Source: Alphaproteobacteria bacterium
GTDB taxonomy: Bacteria; Pseudomonadota; Alphaproteobacteria; SP197
Assembly: GCA_964291415.2 (NCBI GenBank)
Contig: OZ219921.1
Location: 1 to 44,978, forward strand
Direction: 5' to 3'
DNA: 44,978 nt
Shown here: positions 9,519 to 18,925 of the stretch, piece by piece
Layout of the letters: each line of letters starts with the position of its first letter
Position numbering within the stretch: position 1 is the stretch's first letter
Notes under the pieces: model-generated
What the model was told of the DNA's origin: nothing
What the model saw: the letters and a program-made list of their open reading frames with translations, nothing else
Database searches by the model: none
Made by a program: the position numbers and the translations under genes

Positions 9519-10355
9519 ATGCCGCATTCCCCGCTGCCTCCCATGCCTGCCTTCGAGGCCGGATGGGTGTGGCTCGCCGGTGCCGGACCGGGCGACCCCT
9601 GCCTTCTCACACTTCTGGCGCACCATGCCCTGGGCGAGGCCGACTGCATCGTCCATGACGCCCTCGTCGACGATGGCGTTCTGAGGCTGGCGCGCCCTGG
9701 AGCGCAACTCATCCATGCCGGAAAACGCGGCGGCAGACCGTCTCCCGGTCAGCCCGACATCTCGCGCCGGCTCATCGAACTCGCCCGGTCCGGAAAGAAA
9801 GTCCTGCGGCTCAAGGGTGGTGATCCCTTCGTCTTCGGACGAGGTGGTGAGGAGGCTCTCGCCCTTGTTGCCGCCGGCATCCCGTTCCGTGTCATCCCGG
9901 GAATCACTGCGGGTATCGGCGGCTTGTCCATGGCCGGCATTCCGGCAACGGATCGCCACACCAATCATGCCATCACCTTCATCACCGGGCGCCTGGCAGG
10001 CGGAGACATTCCCGACGGCCTCGACTGGACAGCCCTCGCCGCTCCCGGTCACGCGCTCGTCATCTACATGGCCCTGGCGCGACTCGCGTCCATCGCCGAC
10101 CGCCTGATCGGCGCGGGTCTCTCCGGCGACACGCCGGTGGCCATCATCAGCCGCGCCACCACCCGCCACCAGAAAGTGATCGAGACGACCCTCGTCAATG
10201 CCGCTGCGGATTCGCGGGACCTCGACGCTCCGGCGATCGTCGCCATCGGCGCGTTCGTCCGGTTGCGCGCAGGCCTCGACTGGATGGGCGCCATGGAGGG
10301 ACGAATCCTGGAGGCGGACCCGCTCGGCACGGACGCCTCCAGGGAGGCCGTCTGA
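9519..10355 (+). CDS. cobA: Uroporphyrinogen-III C-methyltransferase
   Basis: WLAGAGPGDP, RLKGGDPFVFGRGGEE, IPGITAG. Confidence 0.95.
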   Translation: MPHSPLPPMPAFEAGWVWLAGAGPGDPCLLTLLAHHALGEADCIVHDALVDDGVLRLARPGAQLIHAGKRGGRPSPGQPDISRRLIELARSGKKVLRLKGGDPFVFGRGGEEALALVAAGIPFRVIPGITAGIGGLSMAGIPATDRHTNHAITFITGRLAGGDIPDGLDWTALAAPGHALVIYMALARLASIADRLIGAGLSGDTPVAIISRATTRHQKVIETTLVNAAADSRDLDAPAIVAIGAFVRLRAGLDWMGAMEGRILEADPLGTDASREAV

Positions 10356-11665
10356 TGGCGACGCGCGGCCTCGTCATCTCGGCGACCGGAAGCGGCGCCG
10401 GCAAGACGATCATCACGTCAGCCCTCATCCGGGTGCTCGCCAGACGGGGATACTCGGTATCGTCCTTCAAGGTCGGGCCGGACTACATCGACGGAGGCTA
10501 TCATGCCGCCGCATCCGGTCGCGCCAGCCACAACATCGACCTGTGGGCCATGAGACCGGCCACGGCACGAGCCGCGCTCCGGCGCTGTGCCGACGGAGCG
10601 GATCTTGTCGTCGGTGAAGGCGCGATGGGCCTCTTTGACGCCAGTCTCTCGGGCGAGGGGTCGACAGCCGACGTCGCGCGATTCCTTGACCTGCCGGTCG
10701 TTCTCGTCATCGACGTCAGCGGACAGGCGCAATCGGTGGCGGCCACCGTCGCCGGATTCCGCGATCACCGCCCCGATATCGACGTCGCCGGGGTGATCCT
10801 GAACCGGACGGCGGGCCACACCCATCGGGCGATGCTTGCACGTGCTCTCGAGGGTGTTGCGACCGTCTTCGGTCACGTTGACAGGGACGAACGCCTCGTC
10901 GTGGCGCATCGGCACCTCGGCCTCGTCCAGGCCCATGACGGTGATCCCGGCATCATCGATCACGCGGCCACGCGACTTGCTGCTGGTGTGGACGTGGACA
11001 GCATGATCGCACTGGCGCGACCCATCGCGGAGACGGATGGCGCGGATCCGGTTCCCCTGGCGCCTCCGGGCCAGAGAATTGCCGTTGCCTGCGATTGCGC
11101 CTTCTCCTTCCTCTATACATCGCTGACACGGGCGTGGCGGGATGCCGGTGCCGAGATCCTGTCGTTTTCCCCGCTGGAGAACGAGCCTCCCGACGCGACG
11201 GCCGACGCCGTCTACCTGCCGGGCGGCTATCCTGAACTCCACGCCGGCAGGCTGGCCGCCGGCCAGACCTTTCTGGCTGGCCTGAGGCGGGCCGCGGACC
11301 GCGGTTGCGTGATCTACGGCGAGTGTGGCGGCTACATGGTGCTGGGCCAGCAGCTCACGGACAAGGAAGGCCATACCCATGCCATGGCCGGTCTGCTGCC
11401 GGTCACCGTCTCCATGCATGCGCCCCGCCGGCACCTGGGGTACCGACGCATGGTCCTCGCATCCAACGGTCCGTTGGGCAAGGCCGGACGCATCTGGCGC
11501 GGCCATGAATTCCACTACGCCTGCGAGACCTCCTCGGCAGCGCCTCCCCTCTTTTTCGCCAGCGACGCGAACGGGCGCGATCTCGGCGCAAGCGGCGCCG
11601 TCCACGGCAGCGTCGCCGCGTCGTTCATGCACATCATCGACCGCGAGGAAGGGCCGGCGTCGTGA
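10355..11665 (+). CDS. cobB: Cobyrinate/hydrogenobyrinate a,c-diamide synthase
   Basis: SGAGKT, FKVGPDYID, GEGAMGLFD, YLPGGYPEL, YGECGGYM, GHEFHY. Confidence 0.95.
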   Translation: MATRGLVISATGSGAGKTIITSALIRVLARRGYSVSSFKVGPDYIDGGYHAAASGRASHNIDLWAMRPATARAALRRCADGADLVVGEGAMGLFDASLSGEGSTADVARFLDLPVVLVIDVSGQAQSVAATVAGFRDHRPDIDVAGVILNRTAGHTHRAMLARALEGVATVFGHVDRDERLVVAHRHLGLVQAHDGDPGIIDHAATRLAAGVDVDSMIALARPIAETDGADPVPLAPPGQRIAVACDCAFSFLYTSLTRAWRDAGAEILSFSPLENEPPDATADAVYLPGGYPELHAGRLAAGQTFLAGLRRAADRGCVIYGECGGYMVLGQQLTDKEGHTHAMAGLLPVTVSMHAPRRHLGYRRMVLASNGPLGKAGRIWRGHEFHYACETSSAAPPLFFASDANGRDLGASGAVHGSVAASFMHIIDREEGPAS

Positions 11666-13149
11666 CCGTGCCGGCACGGGCCGACGTCATCGTGATCGGA
11701 GGCGGCAACGCCGCCCATTGCGCAGCACTCGGCGCCCGCGATGCCGGCAGCAACGTCCTCATGATCGAACGCGCGCCCGCCGAAGAAGCCGGCGGCAACA
11801 GCCGGTTCACGGCCGGCGCCATGCGCACGGTCTATGACGGGATCGAGGACTTGAGGACGCTCATGCCCGATCTGTCTGACGAGGAGATCGCCCGGTCCGA
11901 CTTCGGCACATACAGCAGGGAAGACTTCCTTGACGACATGGGACGCGTGACCCGCTACCGCTGCGATCCCGACCTGGCGGACTACCTTGTGACGAGAAGT
12001 CGCGACACCCTTGTGTGGATGCGCTCCAAGGGCATCCGCTTCCAGCCGATGTGGCGACGGCAGGCGTTCGAAGTCGACGGGCGTTTCCGCTTCTGGGGAG
12101 GACTTGCCGTCGAGGTGGCCGGCGGCGGCGAGGGACTCATCGACGGTCTTTCGCGAGCCACCCGGAAGGCTGGAGTCCGCCTCATCCACGAAGCAAGAGC
12201 CGTCGAACTGATCAGGAAGGACACCCGGGTCACCGGTGTCAGGGTCCTGCATGACGGTGCGTTCCATACCATCGCCGCAGACGCGGTGGTGCTGGCCTGC
12301 GGCGGCTTCGAGGCGAACCATGAATGGCGCGCCCGCTACCTCGGCCCGGGCTGGGATCTGGCGCGGGTGCGCGGCAGCCGCTTCAACACGGGCGACGGCA
12401 TCCGCATGGCCCTCGACATCGGCGCCGCGCCCTTTGGGCACTGGTCGGGGTGCCACGCCGTCGCCTGGGACCTCAATGCCCCGGAGTTTGGCGACCTGTC
12501 CGTCGGCGACGGCTTCCAGAAGCACTCCTATCCCTTCTCCGTCATGATCAACGCGAGAGGAGAGAGATTCCTCGACGAAGGCGCCGATTTCCGGAACTAC
12601 ACCTATGCGAAGTACGGAGCCGAGATCCTCAACCAGCCGGAGCAGCTCGCCTGGCAGGTCTTCGATGCCAAGGTGTCCGGACTGCTGCGTGACGAGTACC
12701 GCATACGCCAGGTGACACGGGTTCGCGCGCCGACCCTCGAGGATCTCGTCTCGCGCATGGAGGGTGTCGACGGCGCAGCGGCCCTGGCCACGATCAGGTC
12801 CTTCAATGCCGCCGTCCGGCAGGACATCGCCTTCGACCCCTCGGTCAGGGACGGACGGTCTGCCGAAGGGCTGGCCATCCCCAAGTCGAACTGGGCCAAC
12901 ACCATCGATGAGCCTCCTTTCGAGGCCTATGCCGTCACCTGCGGTGTCACCTTCACGTTTGGCGGTCTTCGCATCGACACGGCCGCCAACGTTCTCGACA
13001 GCGACTTGAAACCGATCGACGGCCTGCTTGCAGCCGGTGAGCTCGTCGGCGGCCTCTTCTACTTCAACTATCCAGGCGGCACCGGCCTCACGTCGGGGGC
13101 GGTTTTCGGACGCCTGGCCGGCCGGTCGGCAGCCGCCCGCGCATCGTGA
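11662..13149 (+). CDS. FAD-dependent TcuA / CobZ-N-like flavoprotein
   Basis: DVIVIGGGNAAHCAA, GGNSRFTAGAMR, LACGGFEAN, GVTFTFGGL, NYPGGTGLTSGAVFGR; GTGA overlap with cobB. Confidence 0.85.
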   Translation: MTVPARADVIVIGGGNAAHCAALGARDAGSNVLMIERAPAEEAGGNSRFTAGAMRTVYDGIEDLRTLMPDLSDEEIARSDFGTYSREDFLDDMGRVTRYRCDPDLADYLVTRSRDTLVWMRSKGIRFQPMWRRQAFEVDGRFRFWGGLAVEVAGGGEGLIDGLSRATRKAGVRLIHEARAVELIRKDTRVTGVRVLHDGAFHTIAADAVVLACGGFEANHEWRARYLGPGWDLARVRGSRFNTGDGIRMALDIGAAPFGHWSGCHAVAWDLNAPEFGDLSVGDGFQKHSYPFSVMINARGERFLDEGADFRNYTYAKYGAEILNQPEQLAWQVFDAKVSGLLRDEYRIRQVTRVRAPTLEDLVSRMEGVDGAAALATIRSFNAAVRQDIAFDPSVRDGRSAEGLAIPKSNWANTIDEPPFEAYAVTCGVTFTFGGLRIDTAANVLDSDLKPIDGLLAAGELVGGLFYFNYPGGTGLTSGAVFGRLAGRSAAARAS

Positions 13150-13222
13150 CCGGCAGGCCGTGGAGCCTCGCCGCACCATCCGCGGCGCTCCGCGACAGGC
13201 CTCATGCAGACCTCCCCTGTCT

Positions 13223-13312
13223 GCGCGGCCCGGTCTTCGAGTCGCTGAGCGCGATGGCACCCTGGCCGATGTCGCGCCAGCGCAGACCGGAGACTTCGCT
13301 GTGGCGGCATCC
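13223..13312 (-). pseudogene. 30-codon tyrosine integrase fragment
   Basis: Manual translation GCRHSEVSGLRWRDIGQGAIALSDSKTGPR covers the catalytic Arg box and Lys loop. Confidence 0.75.
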
Positions 13313-13381
13313 CGCTTTCCCTGTCGGGTTGCGCGACGTGCCTTCGCATCCTGCCAATCCAGCGACGGCCGACTCTTTCCC

Positions 13382-13413
13382 TTGCTAATTTAACGAACGA
13401 TGTTAATTTGGCC
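13382..13413 (+). promoter_or_regulatory. Possible leaderless promoter with an overlapping imperfect palindrome
   Basis: TTGCTA...TAATTT just before the ATG, no RBS; AATTTAAC-N7-GTTAATTT. Confidence 0.35.
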
Positions 13414-14583
13414 ATGATGATCGATCGTAGACACACACGGCGAGTCCTGCAGTTTCTCGAAGAGAGTCCGGCCGTTGCGCTTCTCGGGCCGCGCCAGGTC
13501 GGTAAGACCACGCTCGCGCGAGCCATCGCGGCGCAATCCCCCGACTGCCTGTACCTCGATCTCGAGAATCCACGGGATGTCGCCCGTCTCGCGGATCCGG
13601 GCCGGTATCTCGAGCTCCATGCCGATCGGCTGGTGATCCTGGACGAGATCCAGCGGATGCCCGATCTCTTTCGAGTGCTGCGCGGGCAGATTGACGAGCG
13701 CCGCCGCAGCGGCCGACGTTCGCGGCAATTTCTTCTCCTCGGGTCGGCTTCGGACAGGTTGCTGCGGCAGTCGTCAGAGTCGCTCGCCGGCCGCATCATC
13801 TATCACGAGCTGCCGGGGCTGGACGCTCTGGATGTCGGGTCCGATCACGACTCCCTTTGGCTCCGTGGCGGCTTTCCCGACTCCTTGACCGCCCGAAGCG
13901 ATGCGGCGAGCGCCCGCTGGCGTCTCAACTTCGTTCGCACGTATCTGGAGCGCGACATCCCGCAGTTCGGCGTGCGCGTGCCAGCCGAAACCCTGCGGCG
14001 CTTCTGGACGATGCTCGGCCACCGCCAGGGAGGTCTCCTGAACGCCTCGGAGCTTGCCCGCAGTCTCGATGTCTCGGTGCCCACGGTGACGCGTTACGTG
14101 GACCTCCTGTCGGACCTGATGCTGGTCCGCCGGCTGCCTCCCTGGTTCGCCAACGTCGGCAAGCGCCTGGTCAAGACCCCCAAGGTCTACATTCGCGACA
14201 GCGGGGTCCTGCATTCGCTGCTGGGACTCGGCACCCTCGACGACGCGCTCTCCCATCCGGTGATCGGGGCGAGCTGGGAAGGCTTCGTGATCGAGAACCT
14301 GATCGCGGCCGCCCCCTTCGGGACGGACGCCTGGTTCTACCGCACCCGGGCGGGAGCGGAGATCGACCTCCTGCTGAACATGCCTGACCGCCGCCTGTGG
14401 GCGGTCGAGGTGAAGCGAAGCGCCGCGCCCAGGGCCGGAAAGGGATTCGAAATCGGCGCCTCCGACCTCGACGTGGACGAGCGGTTCGTCGTGCACCCGG
14501 GCCGCGAGGCATTCCCGCTGTCCCGGACGACCGCCGCGGTCCCTCTGGTGGACCTGATGGCACGGCTCGAAGCGCTCGCTTGA
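13414..14583 (+). CDS. AAA+ ATPase with DUF4143 C-terminal domain
   Basis: GPRQVGKTT, LVILDEIQ, LLGSAS, ESLAGR, KRLVKTPKVYIRDSG, EIDLL...AVEVK. Confidence 0.92.
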   Translation: MMIDRRHTRRVLQFLEESPAVALLGPRQVGKTTLARAIAAQSPDCLYLDLENPRDVARLADPGRYLELHADRLVILDEIQRMPDLFRVLRGQIDERRRSGRRSRQFLLLGSASDRLLRQSSESLAGRIIYHELPGLDALDVGSDHDSLWLRGGFPDSLTARSDAASARWRLNFVRTYLERDIPQFGVRVPAETLRRFWTMLGHRQGGLLNASELARSLDVSVPTVTRYVDLLSDLMLVRRLPPWFANVGKRLVKTPKVYIRDSGVLHSLLGLGTLDDALSHPVIGASWEGFVIENLIAAAPFGTDAWFYRTRAGAEIDLLLNMPDRRLWAVEVKRSAAPRAGKGFEIGASDLDVDERFVVHPGREAFPLSRTTAAVPLVDLMARLEALA

Positions 14584-14984
14584 CCCCGCGGCAAGGAACT
14601 CATTCCACGACAGGCGCCTCTGCCAGCTGCGCCTGGGGACTCCGCGACGCGACTGCGTGGGTTGTGTGAACCACGCGCCGCAGGGCGTCCTGATCGCGTT
14701 TCCTGACCGCTCAATCCGTTGGGCGATGAAAGCCGTTGTGCAATCGGCACTTTGCCGGAGCGGCGCTTGAGCGGCAGCGCCCGCCGTGCACTTGCGGGGA
14801 CAGTCCCCGAACCGCCCTGCGGCTTCCGGGCGGCACTACAGGAAGCACGAGGTAGCAGATCAATGCGGGGATCGAACACAAGCGAGAGTGCGGCCACAGG
14901 GTGACCTTCTGCCGTTTCCGTGGGGGGCGGTGTATGAAAGGAGGATTGGCGCCCCGCCGGTCACTGTGGGCGGAGCGCTCACGC

Positions 14985-16079
14985 CTAGTTTCGAGTTCCG
15001 AACCACGCACCTACGAAGGCGCCCCTACTTCCGTCCGCTTCGGTCCACTCGGCTCCCGCGGTTCCGGCAACCAGGCGCGGCTCACCGGTTTGGGTCGGGA
15101 CGTTCGAGAACTGCCCGCCCCAGGAACCGTCCGTATGCGTAACGGTGCGGTCATCGCCCTCCAGCCTCACATTCCGGTTGCGGAAGTTGCCGGTCGACCC
15201 GATTGCCGTCTCGCCAAGACGCAGGCGCACCGGGACCGTTTCATCGCCAAATTCCGATGTCTGGCCGTTTGCGTCCGTCGCAACGCCCCAAACGGTGACT
15301 CCTTCCACGCAGCCGAGGCATCCCGAAATGGTGCTCGACGCGAAGTTCGCAGTCAGCCGCGCGTCCGCCTCGAATTCCCCGACTTCCGCGAACCGGGCCG
15401 ACTCATAGGCATATAGACCGCCCGCCCGGCCTGAGTATCGAGCCGTGCCAAGGCTCGGGATCGTGGGCACGCCGGAAAGCTCCGGCCCGTCCACAAAGGC
15501 GCCGACGTCTGCCCCGGTGATTTCCAGTGGGTCGGTCCGACCATCAAGATGCAACCAGTAGCCGCCGGCAAGGTAGTCGGTTGGGTCGGAATTGTTCCAG
15601 TTCGTATAGACAGCGGCGACGGAAAGGGTCGTAGCGGTCGATGTCAGGAGCGCATCGCCCCGATAGGAATAGCCGGGCACAATCGGAGGAAGGGAGGCGC
15701 TGTCTATCCGGTCTGTTGCGCCGTCGAAAGCGAGATGGCTTCCGTCCGTCCGCTGGATCCTTACGCGCACATTGCGACCGTCGAATGAGGTCGAGGCGGC
15801 GTCACCGCTGATGCCTGCGATCGAGCCGGTGTTCGTCGATTGCGTGACGCTGCCGAAGCTTGGAAGGTTGGTCGCCGCCTGCGTGCCGGCACTGCGTGCT
15901 GCGCTGCCATTCACGGAACGGGCATCGGTGAGCGAGGGGCCTCCGTCACCATCGGACGGCATCATCGACGTGGGTCCGCCTCCACCGCCGCCGCCACAGG
16001 CAGCGAGGGTGAGAAGGGCGAATATGGCGACACCGGCCAGGGTCGCGGTTCGCGCCCATAGTCTATCCGAGGATGTCAT
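14985..16079 (-). CDS. Surface lipoprotein with a transferrin-binding-protein-like beta-barrel
   Basis: Lipobox LAAC followed by poly-Gly; GTARYSGRAGG, ARLTANF, GSWGGQF, VAGTAG, FVGAWFG barrel strands. Confidence 0.7.
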   Translation of the reverse strand: MTSSDRLWARTATLAGVAIFALLTLAACGGGGGGGPTSMMPSDGDGGPSLTDARSVNGSAARSAGTQAATNLPSFGSVTQSTNTGSIAGISGDAASTSFDGRNVRVRIQRTDGSHLAFDGATDRIDSASLPPIVPGYSYRGDALLTSTATTLSVAAVYTNWNNSDPTDYLAGGYWLHLDGRTDPLEITGADVGAFVDGPELSGVPTIPSLGTARYSGRAGGLYAYESARFAEVGEFEADARLTANFASSTISGCLGCVEGVTVWGVATDANGQTSEFGDETVPVRLRLGETAIGSTGNFRNRNVRLEGDDRTVTHTDGSWGGQFSNVPTQTGEPRLVAGTAGAEWTEADGSRGAFVGAWFGTRN

Positions 16080-16469
16080 GAGTCACTCTTTCTTGATTAG
16101 TTATGCTCCACTCGCGACGGCAACGGGCAGCGTGCCAACCGAGACGAATTGATGGTATGCGGGCCCGAAATTCGGTGAAATCCTGCCATTTGGCAGGTAT
16201 CGCAATTGACTGAAAAAGAAGATAGGCGAGCTGGGAGGAGATCTCATTTGCACGGCATAATGTTTATTTATCTACATAATACTTGGCACATCCCATAAGA
16301 AGTCGAACGGTAGTTCACCTGCCTTGTGGGAGGTATCACATTGGCAAGGAGAGAAATTAAACGCCGAGCCTGCGCGTAGTCATTGATGGAGCGTGATTCC
16401 GCCCACATTCCGGCTTCCTCCGGGTGCAAGAAGGCCACGGCGGGGCGCCCTCCGGCCGAACCGCCCCCA

Positions 16470-16550
16470 CGTTCAGGCTCGGGAATGGTTCGGGGAGATG
16501 GCGAGGCTGCTGGGGCGCAGTTGGAGGACAGGTTCTACCGCGAGATCGCG
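16470..16550 (+). pseudogene. Possible IS30-family transposase HTH remnant
   Basis: Frameshifted EMARLLGRSWRT / YREIA resembles the IARRLGRSRSTVYREI helix-turn-helix. Confidence 0.3.
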
Positions 16551-16629
16551 GCTCCGTCGTGGGGTGCGGAGGCGGTCGCGGACTGACCTCATGGCGACGG
16601 ATTGAGCGGCCCGGTGTGCCGCCGCGTGA

Positions 16630-17639
16630 TGCGTACCGCGCCAGCAATTCACCAGACTGCAGGCGCCCCGTCCCTCGGCGAGTCCCGGAAACAGGAAAGC
16701 CTCCGGGTCCCGTGCGTCGGGCAGCGCCTCGATGAGCGCCCGCGCGGCTTCATCGAGTGGCAAAGCGCGCGGCCGGTCTTCGAATCGGGGAGCTTGACCG
16801 CGTCGTCGCCGACTTCGCTCCGGCGGCAGCCGGATCGCCGCGACGGCCTCGGGCCAATCCGCCTCGCGGGCGTCGAGCGCGCCCAGCCGGGCCAGCCCGT
16901 CCGCGTCGAGGAACCGCGCGACATGGTTGCGCGGGTTCTTCGCGATGCCGAGGCAGGGGTTGAAGCCGCGCTCGCGCAATCCCCACTCCTCGGCCCAGAA
17001 CATCATCGCGCGCAGTATCTCCAGAGCGCGGTTGGCCGCGCCGGACTTGTCCCAGCTCGCCGCGTCGAACCACGCGGCCACGTCCTCGGGGCCGATACGG
17101 TCGAGCAGCTTCCTGGCGAACGCGAGGAGGATGCGGGCCTTGAGATAGATTCGCACGGTCTTGCGCCCCGAGAGCTTCCGGTGCGGGTCTGAGCGCCGTA
17201 GGTACTCGTCCGCGAACTCCCGCAACGTCGGGGTCTCCCTCTCGCCCTGGATGTCGTCGGCGAGGTTGTCGCCCGCGCGGATGCGCGCGGGCATGTCGCG
17301 GGCGCGGCGGCGGGCCTGCCGGGCGAGGAATTACTCCGCAAAGGCTTCCACCGAACGCCCTGGCGTGCGGGGTCCGCTGTTCTTCTTCGCCGGTTCGATG
17401 TAGCTGGCGATCAGCCCGCGGGCCTCGCACCGGGCTACGGGGATCGTCATGGCGTCGGCGCTGCCGATGGTGGCCTATCGCCTGCGCCCGCGCACCATGC
17501 GGGCGAGGAACCAGGTGCGGAGTCCGGTGGGCTGGCCGGTCAGCACGAGTCCGCTCACCAGGTTGTCGCGGACTTCGCATTTTGTCGCGCGGGGTTTGGC
17601 GGCGCGGACGCGCCGGGCGAAGGTGGATTTCTCCGTCAT
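16630..17639 (-). pseudogene. Degraded arm-binding tyrosine integrase(s); two copies fused by deletion
   Basis: AAKPRATKCEVRDNLVSGLVL...TWFL...GRRR* arm domain with stops, then PTLREFADEYL...AANRALEILRAMM...NPCLGI...ARFL, frameshifted GCRRSE and DSKTG; no C-terminal catalytic motifs. Confidence 0.85.
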
Positions 17640-17885
17640 GGTCGCGGCTCCCCGTTCGGACCGCACGGCCGGGCGGCAAAGCAGGAAGCAGCCGGGCGGC
17701 GTTTCGTCGGGGAAGCCGTGCGGCAGCACGTTCGTCGGGATCCCTTGACCTCCTTCAGGGGCAGGGTGTTGCCGGCGACGATCCCTGACCGCTGTCGTTC
17801 TCACGAGGCCTCCCGCACAACCGGCCCGGGTCGGAGCCGCGGTCGGTTGACAAGGGCCCCCGCTCCCGGACCATGAGTCCCGTCG

Positions 17886-18593
17886 ATGACCATCGGGAGA
17901 GAGACCCTGACCTTCATCATTCCGCCGGGAGAGCCCGTGGGTCTTGCCGTTGAAGACAGGACCGGGCTCTTCCCCGTGGGCCGCGTCTTCTGCATCGGGC
18001 GCAACTATGCCGACCATGCGATTGAGATGGGCGGCGATCCGGAACGAGACGAACCGTTCTTCTTCACCAAGCCGGCCTCGGCGATCATCCCGGGGGGAGG
18101 ATCGCTTCCCTATCCTCCCGCCACCGCCAGCCTGCACCACGAGGTCGAACTCGTCGTCGCGATTGCTTCGGGAGGCCGGAACCTCTCCCGGTCGGCGGCG
18201 CGCGAGGCCATCTTCGGCCATGCCGTGGGCATCGATCTGACGCGCCGCGACCTTCAGGACATCGCCAAGAAATCGGGGAGGCCCTGGGACATGGCCAAGG
18301 GTTTCGATGCCTCCGGTCCGGTGGGCGCCCTCGTGCCGGCGGCACGCCGGGAACCGCACGAGAACGCCTCGATCACACTCGATGTGAACGGCGAAAGACG
18401 GCAGTCGGGTACCCTCGGCCAGATGATCTGGAAGCCTGACGAGTCACTCGCCTGTCTTTCCACCCTGCTGGAACTCAAGCCCGGAGATCTCGTCTTCACC
18501 GGCACGCCTGCCGGCGTCGGCGCGGTCGTCCGCGGCGACCGCATCGCCGCCCGGATCACGGGACTTCCCGCGCTGCACTGCACGATCGTGTGA
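17886..18593 (+). CDS. Fumarylacetoacetate hydrolase family protein
   Basis: FCIGRNYADH, FFFTKP, HHEVELVV, AKGFD, GDLVFTGTPAGVG. Confidence 0.93.
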   Translation: MTIGRETLTFIIPPGEPVGLAVEDRTGLFPVGRVFCIGRNYADHAIEMGGDPERDEPFFFTKPASAIIPGGGSLPYPPATASLHHEVELVVAIASGGRNLSRSAAREAIFGHAVGIDLTRRDLQDIAKKSGRPWDMAKGFDASGPVGALVPAARREPHENASITLDVNGERRQSGTLGQMIWKPDESLACLSTLLELKPGDLVFTGTPAGVGAVVRGDRIAARITGLPALHCTIV

Positions 18594-18925
18594 GGATCTT
18601 CCACGGTCCTCCGGGCCAGAATGAATTGGAGGCAAACGCGACACGCGTTGGACGTGTCCTGAAGCGCCATGCTGCTTCGCGGTGACATCGGCGACGACAG
18701 CGGTCTCGACCCCGCCGGCCTCGATGATCTCGCCGCTTCGCAGCAACCACGCCGGACGCAGCCGCCGGCATGCAAACCACGGCGGGCGTGCGCCGGCGAC
18801 TGCACCGCACACGGGGCCGCGCCAGGGTCGGGGCCCCGGCCGCGTGGTGGGCGGTCGGCCGGCAATGCGATGTGGCCGAACTGCATCGAGTGGCCGGGCT
18901 GAAGGGTGTCTTACTCAAGAGTCCC

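Noticed and set aside
16118-16138. Sigma-54 promoter (TGGCACG...TTGC) upstream of the lipoprotein
   Set aside because: The GG to GC spacing is 3 bp too long for the -24/-12 consensus.
18594-18925. Possible gene remnant (LLRSGEIIEAGGVETAVVADVTAK, minus strand)
   Set aside because: Cannot be assigned to any family without a search.
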